Shown in pieces: positions 49,374 to 57,958 of a stretch of DNA of 64,000 nucleotides (positions are counted from its first letter, which is position 1; every line of letters begins with the position of its first letter). The stretch is from Thermodesulfovibrionales bacterium. GTDB lineage: Bacteria; Nitrospirota; Thermodesulfovibrionia; Thermodesulfovibrionales; CALJEL01. The stretch covers positions 5,062 through 69,061 of the forward strand of contig JAOACK010000005.1 in NCBI GenBank assembly GCA_026417875.1, read 5' to 3'. The notes beneath the pieces are model-generated. The model was not told the origin of the DNA. It searched no databases and saw only the letters and a program-made list of their open reading frames with translations. The position numbers and the translations under genes are program-made.

Positions 49374-52300
49374 ATGAAAATCATCTTAAGGGTTCTTTTC
49401 ATCTTAATCTTCCAGATTCCCCTCTTAGGCCTTTCATCCTGCCTCAGGTCTGAGTCAACTTATGCTGACACATACTGTCATCATGAACTCCATGTAAAGA
49501 TCATTCCTGAAAGGCATTATATTGTAGCAAGCGACACCATAACTTTTGAAGAACCGAGAAAAAGACTCTCCTTTTTTATCAACAAAAATCTTGATATAAA
49601 AAAAACAACACCCGAAGCATCAGTTGAGATTAAAGAGACTGCGGAAGCAAAACTGATTGAGATAATCTTTGATTCTCCACGGAGTTCAATAACCCTCACT
49701 TATGAAGGCCTAATTAATGAGCCAGTAAGAACCATAGGGGAACAGGCACGGGGTTACAGCTATACAGGAGGAATAATCTCAGAGGAAGGTATATTTCTTC
49801 ACGGTGGCTCTTACTGGTATCCTGTTTCGAAAGGTCTTTTGACCTTCAGACTTGCTGTGGAGCTTCCTCAAGGATGGTATGGAATAAGCCAGGGAGAGGA
49901 AAAAAAAGGGGATACCGTTATCTGGGATTCACCAGAGCCTCAAGAGGAGATATATCTGGTTGCAAATAGATTTATAAAGTATGAAGAGGAGCTTGATGGG
50001 ATAAGTGCTATGGTGCTTCTGAGAAGTCCTGATGATGAGATTGCAAAAAAATATATCAGTGCAACATTCAGGTATATAAAACTCTATGAGGAACTGATCG
50101 GACCCTATCCCTATAAAAAATTTGCCCTTGTTGAAAACTTCTTTGAATCAGGATTTGGTATGCCTTCGTTCACACTTCTTGGACCGAAGGTTCTCAGACT
50201 TCCCTTCATAATAGACACCTCCTATCCCCATGAGATTCTCCACAACTGGTGGGGTAACAGTGTATGGCCAAGACCTGGAAGAGGAAACTGGACAGAAGGG
50301 CTCACTGCCTATTTGTCAGACCATCTGATGAAAGAACTCAAAGGTGAAGACAGAGAATACAGGTTCACGACACTCCAGAAATATGCAGACTATGTTCTTG
50401 ATGAAAAGGATTTTCCTATTGAAGAGTTCAGGAGCAGGCATTCAGGAGCAACAGAGGCGATAGGCTATGGAAAATCCCTCTTCTTCTTTCATATGCTCAG
50501 AAGGTCTCTTGGAGAAAAGCTCTTTAAAGAGGGCCTCAGGGATTTTTACCAGGAAAAAAAGTTCAGGTATGCAGACCTTGATGATCTGAGAAGGAGTTTT
50601 GAAAGGGTTTCGGGAAGGGATTTAAGAGATTTCTTTGATCAATGGACAAAGAGAACAGGCGCACCTGTTATTGAGATAAAGGAGGCAGTGGTAAAGGAAA
50701 GCCACCTTAGGCTCACCCTCCGACAGAGCCAGGATGGTTCTCCTTACATACTTGAGATACCTGTAAGAATTATTCTCAGAAATGGCACTATCCATGAGAC
50801 CGCATTAAAAATGAGAGATAAAAACCAGTCTTTTATGGAGAGACTTCCTGAAAAGCCCTTAAGAATAGATATTGATCCTGATCTTCATGTATTCAGAAAA
50901 CTTTCAAGAGATGAGATACCTCCTGCAATAACCGCTGTTTTAGGCTCAAAGGAGATAGTTATTATAAAACCCGAAGCAGGAAAGAAAGAGCTTATGGATA
51001 CCTGGGATGATGTTACAAGAGTAATAGAAAATGCCGGTCCTGAAAGGATAAAGGTAGTTATTGACAGTAAAATAGATACTTTACCTGAATCCTCAATTAT
51101 AATCCTTGGATGGGAGAATAAATTTTTAGATTATCTTTTCTCTGATCAAAAATATATAAAGATAGAGAACAACGGGTACAGGCTATCAGAAAGATTGCTT
51201 GACACAGAAAAAGACTCCGTAGTCATTGTCAGGAATAATCCACTAAAAAGGGATAGACCTCTCATGTTTATCGGTTCTAAAAATCCATCAACACTCAGGG
51301 CTCTATTAAGAAAGCTTCCCCACTACCATAAATACAGTTATCTTGTCTTTGAGGGAGAGGAAGCAACAAATACTATGAAAGGCAGATGGGAGATTGAGGA
51401 AACTCCGATGAATATCATTCTCGATGAGAAATCCCGATCTCTCAGTATAAAATCAAGTGATAAATTACTCATCCCTTTCTTCTCACAGGAATCAATCAAC
51501 AAGACATTAGAATTTCTCACCTCTCCTCATTTAGAAGGTAGAAAGGCCGGCTCAGATGGAGCAATGAGGGCTGCTGAATTTATCAGAGAATCCTTTAGAA
51601 AGGCTGGACTACAGCCCCTAAATAGTGATTATCTTCAGAAATGGCATGATGAAAAAGGCATGACCTTTGCCAATGTTATAGGAAAAATAAAGGGAAGGTC
51701 TGAAGAATGTATAATCATAGGAGCCCATTATGACCATCTTGGGAAAGATGATAAAGGAAATATCTATCCTGGTGCTGATGACAACGCAAGCGGTGTTGCC
51801 CTTCTTCTGGAGCTGGCAAGGATAAAGGCTGAAAAAGGTGGAATCAACAGGGACTTAATATTCATTGCCTTTACCGGTGAGGAATACGGCAGAAAAGGTT
51901 CAAGACACTTTGTTGAACATGCTGACTCATACAGATGTATAGCAATGATAAATCTTGATACTGTGGGCAGACTGGAGGGAAGAAGACTCCTTGTCATCGG
52001 TGCCCATTCAGCAAAGGAATGGCCCATGCTTCTTAAGGAGGCATCCCTTATTTCAGGCATTAAGATTGATATCGCAAAGGAAGATCTTGATTCAAGTGAC
52101 CAGAAAAGCTTTGAGGAGGCTGGCATTCCGGCCATACAATTATCTTCCGGACCTCATGAAGACTACCACAAAATAACCGATACCATTGACAAAGTTGATA
52201 TTGATGGCATAATTAAGATAGGGACTTTTACAGAAGAGTTAATAAAGAGAGTGGACAGACTCCCGGAACTGAGCTTCACAGGCAATATAAATAAAAGAAC

Positions 52301-52586
52301 CTCACAAGAAGAAAGTAAAAGAAGGGTAAGTATAGGCACAATACCTGATTTTACATATAAAGGCACTGGATACAGAATTAGCGGAACAACAAAGGGTTCT
52401 CCTGCCCATGAGGCTGGTCTGAGGGAAGGAGATGTGATAATAGAGGTCAGCTCAAAACCTGTAAAGGGTATCAGGGATTTTTCTGAATATCTTAAAAACC
52501 TTCAGCCGGGTGATAAAATCCTGCTAAAGATAGAAAGGGATGGAAAGACCTTAAACATTGAGGTTGAATTAAGGGAGAGGAAGTGA
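49374..52586 (+). CDS. Fusion protease: M1-type gluzincin aminopeptidase + M28 aminopeptidase + C-terminal PDZ domain
   Basis: 1070 aa.
- M1 motif HEILH-x18-E: HEILHNWWGNSVWPRPGRGNWTE.
- M28 metal ligand motifs: AHYDHLG, GADDNASGVALLLELAR, FTGEEYG, NLDTVG.
- C-terminal PDZ domain: GSPAHEAGLREGDVIIEVSSKPV. Confidence 0.8.
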   Translation: MKIILRVLFILIFQIPLLGLSSCLRSESTYADTYCHHELHVKIIPERHYIVASDTITFEEPRKRLSFFINKNLDIKKTTPEASVEIKETAEAKLIEIIFDSPRSSITLTYEGLINEPVRTIGEQARGYSYTGGIISEEGIFLHGGSYWYPVSKGLLTFRLAVELPQGWYGISQGEEKKGDTVIWDSPEPQEEIYLVANRFIKYEEELDGISAMVLLRSPDDEIAKKYISATFRYIKLYEELIGPYPYKKFALVENFFESGFGMPSFTLLGPKVLRLPFIIDTSYPHEILHNWWGNSVWPRPGRGNWTEGLTAYLSDHLMKELKGEDREYRFTTLQKYADYVLDEKDFPIEEFRSRHSGATEAIGYGKSLFFFHMLRRSLGEKLFKEGLRDFYQEKKFRYADLDDLRRSFERVSGRDLRDFFDQWTKRTGAPVIEIKEAVVKESHLRLTLRQSQDGSPYILEIPVRIILRNGTIHETALKMRDKNQSFMERLPEKPLRIDIDPDLHVFRKLSRDEIPPAITAVLGSKEIVIIKPEAGKKELMDTWDDVTRVIENAGPERIKVVIDSKIDTLPESSIIILGWENKFLDYLFSDQKYIKIENNGYRLSERLLDTEKDSVVIVRNNPLKRDRPLMFIGSKNPSTLRALLRKLPHYHKYSYLVFEGEEATNTMKGRWEIEETPMNIILDEKSRSLSIKSSDKLLIPFFSQESINKTLEFLTSPHLEGRKAGSDGAMRAAEFIRESFRKAGLQPLNSDYLQKWHDEKGMTFANVIGKIKGRSEECIIIGAHYDHLGKDDKGNIYPGADDNASGVALLLELARIKAEKGGINRDLIFIAFTGEEYGRKGSRHFVEHADSYRCIAMINLDTVGRLEGRRLLVIGAHSAKEWPMLLKEASLISGIKIDIAKEDLDSSDQKSFEEAGIPAIQLSSGPHEDYHKITDTIDKVDIDGIIKIGTFTEELIKRVDRLPELSFTGNINKRTSQEESKRRVSIGTIPDFTYKGTGYRISGTTKGSPAHEAGLREGDVIIEVSSKPVKGIRDFSEYLKNLQPGDKILLKIERDGKTLNIEVELRERK

Positions 52587-53458
52587 ACTCCATCAGACTC
52601 AGATTAAAAGGTTTAATCTATCTTTACAGCTTAATTATTATCTTTTTTTCTGTTTCTGCAGATGCATCATCAGTAATCATTAAACCTGATGTACTCTATC
52701 CGGGAGATATATTTTTTATAAAATTATCTTATCCTGCTGAAAGCCTGCTCAGGGCTGAGTTTAATGGCATAGATTTATACTTTTCATCCTGCGGTGAGCG
52801 ATGCAGTTACGCCATCGGAGCAATAGATATAGAAACAAAACCAGGAGTTTACAGGATTAAAATCTTTCCTAAAAAGGGGAGAGAGATCTTTTTTTCTATC
52901 AAGGTAAGAAAAAAGGAATTTCCTTTAATTCATCTTGAGCTACCAGAAGATAAGGTGACATTAAGTCCTGAAAATCTCGCAAGGGCAGAGGCAGAGGAGG
53001 AACTTCTCAGGGCTATCTGGCAACTGAGAACAGAAAGGCTCTGGAGCGGGGTATTCACTAAACCAATTGAAAGCGAAGTATCAACATCATATGGTGTAAA
53101 AAGAATGATAAATAGAAAAAAGTTGAGTATCCACAAGGGAATTGACCTGCGGGCAAAAGAAGGTGATCCTGTAAAGGCTGTTAATAATGGAAGGGTTGTT
53201 CTAACAGAGGAATTATTCTTTGGTGGAAAGACTGTTGTGATTGATCATGGTGAGGGACTCTTTTCTGTGTACATGCATCTATCTGGATATACTGTAAGAG
53301 AGGGCGACATTGTCTTAAAAGGTGACCTGATCGGCTTTGCCGGTGCAACAGGCCGAGCAAGTGGACCACACCTTCATTTCGGATTCAAGGTTAAAGATAT
53401 AAGTATAAATCCTGAGTCTCTTTTTGAATTAAAGGAGCTACCTCCCCCTTATGAGTAA
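52583..53458 (+). CDS. M23 (LytM-type) metallopeptidase
   Basis: 291 aa with a GTG start overlapping the upstream stop. The motifs are HKGIDL, VIDHGEGLFSVYMHLS and GPHLHFG. Confidence 0.85.
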   Translation: MNSIRLRLKGLIYLYSLIIIFFSVSADASSVIIKPDVLYPGDIFFIKLSYPAESLLRAEFNGIDLYFSSCGERCSYAIGAIDIETKPGVYRIKIFPKKGREIFFSIKVRKKEFPLIHLELPEDKVTLSPENLARAEAEEELLRAIWQLRTERLWSGVFTKPIESEVSTSYGVKRMINRKKLSIHKGIDLRAKEGDPVKAVNNGRVVLTEELFFGGKTVVIDHGEGLFSVYMHLSGYTVREGDIVLKGDLIGFAGATGRASGPHLHFGFKVKDISINPESLFELKELPPPYE

Positions 53459-53472
53459 ATTCGGGAAAAAAT

Positions 53473-54279
53473 CTATGATTGAAGTTCTGCTATATCTATT
53501 TCCTCAGGATATCCGTATACTTTTAAGCCGCTCTCTTTTGCAAATGCAAGGGCTGAACTCTCTACCATTGGAGAGATTATAATCTTTGTGTTAACTTTTC
53601 TTCCCTACTTTTTCTCATAAACCTGAACCTTTCTGAGAAAGGTAATAACATCGCCTTTACTTATAGAAGATTTTATCTCAGCCACAGTAATAAAACCGTT
53701 CTTTATAATCAGGTCAAGTTCTACCTGATCTGGCTTTCCGAAGACGATACCCTCTTCATCTATTGTCCTGTATCTTTCAACCTTTACAGGAAAATCTTCC
53801 TCCAGGATGCCTTTTATTGCGTCCCTGAAAGAAGACTCTGCCCTTAAACCCCACCTTGAACCAAGGGCGCCTATACCTGTATCATATTTCCTGTGTAGAA
53901 ACTTTATTTCTTCAAGTATGGAGTTTATTACCATCTGATTCTCCTCCCACTTCCTCTGGTTCTCCTCCCACTTCTTAGCCCATTCCCTCTCAAGACTCTC
54001 AAGATGCCTCTGATTCTCCTCCCACCTCCTCTGGTTCTCCTCCCACTTCCTCTGATTCTCCTCCCACTTCCTCTGGTTCTCCTCTCTCTCCTTCCTTAAT
54101 TCTTCCAGGAGTCTGTCGAACCTGTCCTCGGTCTTCTTTTTATCAGCAAACTTTTCAGCAGAGATCTTGAGAATAAATTCTCTTATTTCAGGGTCCTTTT
54201 TAACAAAACGGGGCACTTCTCTCAGGATAATCTTTTTTATTTCTGTTTTTGTAAGAGGTTTTAGAGCTGATTTTTTCAT
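53473..54279 (-). pseudogene. Coiled-coil repeat / PD-(D/E)xK nuclease-like protein (paralogue of 19042-19941) with an in-frame TAG at 53605-53607
   Basis: The 224-aa ORF 53605-54279 has WEENQRK repeats and a QVELDLIIKNGFITVAEIKSS core (D ... E-x-K). After the TAG, the same frame continues: GRKVNTKIIISPMVESSALAFAKESGLKVYGYPEEIDIAELQS* (to the TAG at 53473-53475). This corresponds to the C-terminal segment ...YYYSPEVEKYLKEKHPEIRAM of the paralogue. Confidence 0.55.
53936..54085. repeat. In-frame 21-nt tandem repeats encoding (W/K)WEENQR units
   Basis: The unit CTG(A/G)TTCTCCTCCCAC(T/C)TCCT repeats about 6 times in two blocks (53936-53975 and 54010-54085). Confidence 0.8.
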
Positions 54280-54322
54280 AAATAATAATCACACAGATAA
54301 ATCTAAAAAGTCAAATGATTCT

Positions 54323-55429
54323 TTATACCGCCCTCTCATAAATCCTGAACTTTTTATATAGCGTTGCGCCTATCATCTCAACAAGTCTCTGAACCTGAAT
54401 ATTGTCTTCCAGAATCCATGAAAACTCTACCTTTTTAAATCCTTTTCTTTTTACCTCTTTAAATCCTTCCCTGAATAGCAGTGCATCAACCCCCCTCTGT
54501 CTGAAACCAGGTCTTATACCAAGAAGAAGCAATCTCAATCCCTTTACCTTTCTCATGGCAAAGATTGCCTTAAGAAGTGTCAGCGGATTAAATTTCCCCT
54601 TCATTACCCTGAGCACCACATTATAATCAGGAATTAGTCCCAGAAAACCAACTGGTTCGTCTTTATAGTGAGCTATAAGCATTAGCTCAGGAACGATTAT
54701 GCTCTTTAATTGATGGGCCATAAATCTTATCTCATCATCTAGGAACGGGATAAAACCCCAATTATTCCTCCATGCCTCATTGTATATGAGTTTGAACATG
54801 AGAAGGTCATCCTCAAGCCTGCTCATATCAACCTTTCTTATCCTGATCCCCCTTCTGTCGGCTATCTCAGCAATCCTGTTGACTTTCTCATCCAGTTCAG
54901 AAGGAATATCGGCTATATAGGCATAAAGATCCTTTGACTTTACAAAACCGCAGGCTTCCATTAACTCATTGTAATAAGGAGGATTATAAGGTGTAAGTAA
55001 CATGGGTGGATGTTGAAAACCCTCAATGAGAAAACCACATTCTTCATTTGTCGATAGGTTCATGGGTCCTCGCATTATTTGGAGTCCTGCTTCTCTGAGA
55101 TCTGAAGCAACCCTCTCAAGTAATGCTTCTGCAACAGCTCTGTCGTTTATTGATTCAAAGAGTCCAAAGAATCCTGCCCTTTCATTGTGTATGGAGATAT
55201 GCCTGTGATTTATAATGGTGGCTATCCTTCCAGCCACCTTTCCATCCTTCATGGCGATATAGAGTCTTACATCTTCATGCCTGAAGAAAGGATTTGCCTC
55301 TGAAAGATAGACCTTCTGGTCTTTTATAAGAAGGGGTGAAAAAAAGGGGTCATCTTTATAATTCTCAAAAGGGAAAAGGATAAAGGCAGAGAGAAGCTCA
55401 TCACCCTCAGCCCGTAAAACCTCTATCAT
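54323..55429 (-). CDS. GNAT-fold N-acyltransferase-like protein (candidate bacterial ceramide synthase-type enzyme)
   Basis: 368 aa. The C-terminal half has GNAT-like beta-alpha topology ([11 protein letters not shown]..., [19 protein letters not shown] = Q/RxxGxG/A-type acyl-CoA loop). It overlaps the upstream AOS gene by 4 nt. The functional call rests on operon context only. Confidence 0.5.
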   Translation of the reverse strand: MIEVLRAEGDELLSAFILFPFENYKDDPFFSPLLIKDQKVYLSEANPFFRHEDVRLYIAMKDGKVAGRIATIINHRHISIHNERAGFFGLFESINDRAVAEALLERVASDLREAGLQIMRGPMNLSTNEECGFLIEGFQHPPMLLTPYNPPYYNELMEACGFVKSKDLYAYIADIPSELDEKVNRIAEIADRRGIRIRKVDMSRLEDDLLMFKLIYNEAWRNNWGFIPFLDDEIRFMAHQLKSIIVPELMLIAHYKDEPVGFLGLIPDYNVVLRVMKGKFNPLTLLKAIFAMRKVKGLRLLLLGIRPGFRQRGVDALLFREGFKEVKRKGFKKVEFSWILEDNIQVQRLVEMIGATLYKKFRIYERAV

Positions 55430-56652
55430 CTTATAAGACCGAGGGTCCTTCCTACTTTCTTGAATGCTTCAAGGACAAAGTCCAGATGTTCATCTGTATG
55501 GGTTGCCATATAGGATGTCCTTATAAGTGCCTTTCCAGGAGGAACCGCTGGACTCACCGCGACATTTGCAAAGACACCCTCAGCCTCAAGCATCTTTACA
55601 AAGGTGAAGGCAGTTGCATCCTCACCCACTATTACAGGAACAATTGGTGTCTGGGTAGGCCCTATCTCAAATCCAAGATTTTTGAAACCCTCTATCATCT
55701 TTCTTGTATTCTTCCAGAGCCTTTCCCTTCTTTCGGGCTCCTTCTCTATTATGTCAATAGCTGCGCTCACTGCTGCTATTGATGCCGGTGGAGGGCTTGC
55801 ACTGAATATAAGTGAACGGGCAAAATGTTTTATATAATTTATGACTTCCTTAGAACCAGCGACAAATCCACCTATTGAAGCAAGGCTCTTGCTGTATGTT
55901 CCCATTATGAGGTCAACCTCTTGCTCAAGTCCAAAATGCTCTGCAGTACCCCTGCCGGTTTTTCCAAGAACACCAATTCCATGGGCATCATCAACAAGAA
56001 GCCTTGCTCCATACTTCCTCGCAAGCCTTAAAACCTCAGGTAGGTTAATTATATCACCTTCCATGCTGAATACACCATCAACAACCACCAGACATGCCCT
56101 TCCGTTGTTTTCTGTAAGAACTCTCTCAAGATCCTGAGGATTATTATGCTTGAACTTCCTAACCTCACCAAAGGAAAGCCTGCATCCATCAATAATGCTT
56201 GCATGATCCATCTTATCTATTAAGACGAGGTCATCCTTCCCTACAAGGGCGGATATCACTCCAAGATTCACCTGAAAACCCGTGGAAAAAACAAGTGCGG
56301 CTTCTTTACGCATGAACCTGGCTAATTTTTCTTCAAGCTCAACGTGGATATCAAGAGTACCATTCAGGAATCTTGAACCAGCACATCCTGTTCCGTATTT
56401 TTTGATTGCCTCTATGGCTGCCTCTTTGACCTTTGGATGGTTTGTAAGACCGAGATAATTATTAGAGCCAATCATGATAAATTTCCTTCCATTCATTATC
56501 ACAACTGGATCCTGTGCAGACTGGATGGTTCTGAAGAAAGGATATATACCCTTCTCCATGAGCTCATTGGCTGCAGTGAACTTGTAACACTTTTCAAATA
56601 GGTCTTTTTTCATTACAGCCATCTGTGAAGTCTGTACCAGTTTGCTGTCCAT
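55426..56652 (-). CDS. PLP-dependent alpha-oxoamine synthase (serine palmitoyltransferase / KBL / BioF family)
   Basis: 408 aa, class II aminotransferase-like, with [16 protein letters not shown] and the Schiff-base lysine in [13 protein letters not shown]. An alternative start at 56613 forms a TAATG overlap with the upstream stop. Confidence 0.85.
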   Translation of the reverse strand: MDSKLVQTSQMAVMKKDLFEKCYKFTAANELMEKGIYPFFRTIQSAQDPVVIMNGRKFIMIGSNNYLGLTNHPKVKEAAIEAIKKYGTGCAGSRFLNGTLDIHVELEEKLARFMRKEAALVFSTGFQVNLGVISALVGKDDLVLIDKMDHASIIDGCRLSFGEVRKFKHNNPQDLERVLTENNGRACLVVVDGVFSMEGDIINLPEVLRLARKYGARLLVDDAHGIGVLGKTGRGTAEHFGLEQEVDLIMGTYSKSLASIGGFVAGSKEVINYIKHFARSLIFSASPPPASIAAVSAAIDIIEKEPERRERLWKNTRKMIEGFKNLGFEIGPTQTPIVPVIVGEDATAFTFVKMLEAEGVFANVAVSPAVPPGKALIRTSYMATHTDEHLDFVLEAFKKVGRTLGLIR

Positions 56653-57572
56653 TTCATCCCTTCCCGAATATTTACTTTTGGATTAAAGCCCAGCTCATCT
56701 CGGGCCCTTGATATATCACATATCCAGTGAGTGTATCTCAGCTCAATTAATTTGTCGTTGTTTATTATACTATTTTTCGCGACCTTTGATGCAAGCCTTC
56801 CAATAAAGGGCATCAGATTTCGCGGAATTCTTATCCTGACCGGTTTTTTCTGCAGGCTCTCTGCGATGGCAAAGGCAATCTCATCACTTGTTATAATAGA
56901 CCCATCAGCGAGAAAATAAATCTTACCCTGAGCCTCGGGTCTCAGGGCTCCGAGAATAATTCCTTTCACAAGATCTTCTACATAAATAAGGGAATAGTAG
57001 GCTTTTCCAAAATAGGGCATTATCCCGGCATTGACCATTTTAAAAAAGACAAAAAAATCTCTGTCCCTCGGCCCGTAAACAGCGGTTGGTCTCAAGATTG
57101 TAAAGGGAATACTCTCCTTGTGTTTAAGTAAAACCTCCTCGGCAAGTAATTTGCTTTTACCGTAGGCTGAAACAGGTGTGGCTGGAGAATCTTCACATTT
57201 TGGTCTTCCATTATCAGATGGTCCTGCTGCAGCAAGACTGCTTAAAAGGATAAATCTTTTAAGGCCAGGATTATTCTTTATTGCAACATCAATAATATTC
57301 TCTGTACCTTTAACATTCGCTCTGTAAAACTCATCCCAGGAAGATGCCTTTGTTAAACCTGCAAGATGGAAGATATAATCAAATTTCTTGATCTTCTCAA
57401 GTGATTCCCTTACGCAGCAATCTCCCTCAATAAAATTTACCTCAAGCCCTTCAAGCCATTTTTTATTTGAAAGATCTCTCACGAGACAGTAAACTTCAAA
57501 CCCTTTTTTTATGAGAGCCTCAGCTAGATGACTTCCGATAAAACCCGTACCACCTGTAATAAGTGCCTTCAT
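56613..57572 (-). CDS. NAD(P)-dependent epimerase/dehydratase-family (extended SDR) reductase
   Basis: 319 aa with a Rossmann motif ([12 protein letters not shown]) and a YxxxK catalytic pair (SAYGKSK). Confidence 0.85.
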   Translation of the reverse strand: MKALITGGTGFIGSHLAEALIKKGFEVYCLVRDLSNKKWLEGLEVNFIEGDCCVRESLEKIKKFDYIFHLAGLTKASSWDEFYRANVKGTENIIDVAIKNNPGLKRFILLSSLAAAGPSDNGRPKCEDSPATPVSAYGKSKLLAEEVLLKHKESIPFTILRPTAVYGPRDRDFFVFFKMVNAGIMPYFGKAYYSLIYVEDLVKGIILGALRPEAQGKIYFLADGSIITSDEIAFAIAESLQKKPVRIRIPRNLMPFIGRLASKVAKNSIINNDKLIELRYTHWICDISRARDELGFNPKVNIREGMKWTANWYRLHRWL

Positions 57573-57610
57573 ATGTTATATTCTCTTTCAATCAGCATAA
57601 AATAGTCAAG

Positions 57611-57958
57611 TTATTTATTGGCAAGCCTCTTTATTGTTTCTTTCAATTCTTTTAGATCAGATGACTTTACTACATAGGCCTCTGCAGCCCACACACCAAA
57701 ATCATCTCTGTAGTCATAGGCTGTTGACATTATAACAGGAATATTTGGATCCTTATTTTTCATTGCCCTCAACACAGCTATACCATCCATATCAGGCATG
57801 AGGATGTCAAGGGTAACAATATCAGGTTTTTCTCGTTCAAATAGCTCTATTGCCTCTTTACCTGATGTGGCTGCAAAGACCTGATATCCTTCATCCTCGA
57901 GCTCTTCTCTGTAAAGTCTTAGGATACTTTCATCATCATCAACAATAAGTATCTTCAT
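57611..57958 (-). CDS. Single-domain response regulator (CheY-like)
   Basis: 115 aa with MKILIVDDDE, the phospho-acceptor in VTLDILMPDMDG and a conserved ST...K pattern. It overlaps the upstream kinase stop. Confidence 0.9.
   Translation of the reverse strand: MKILIVDDDESILRLYREELEDEGYQVFAATSGKEAIELFEREKPDIVTLDILMPDMDGIAVLRAMKNKDPNIPVIMSTAYDYRDDFGVWAAEAYVVKSSDLKELKETIKRLANK

Noticed and set aside
46615-53607. Stop-codon reassignment (TAG/TAA read as sense) as an explanation for the in-frame stops
   Set aside because: Well-supported genes in the window terminate normally on TAA, TAG and TGA at positions consistent with family lengths (for example argB TGA, cusA TGA, the 299-aa gene TGA, PilZ TGA, mutS2 TAA). 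A global code change is therefore not supported.
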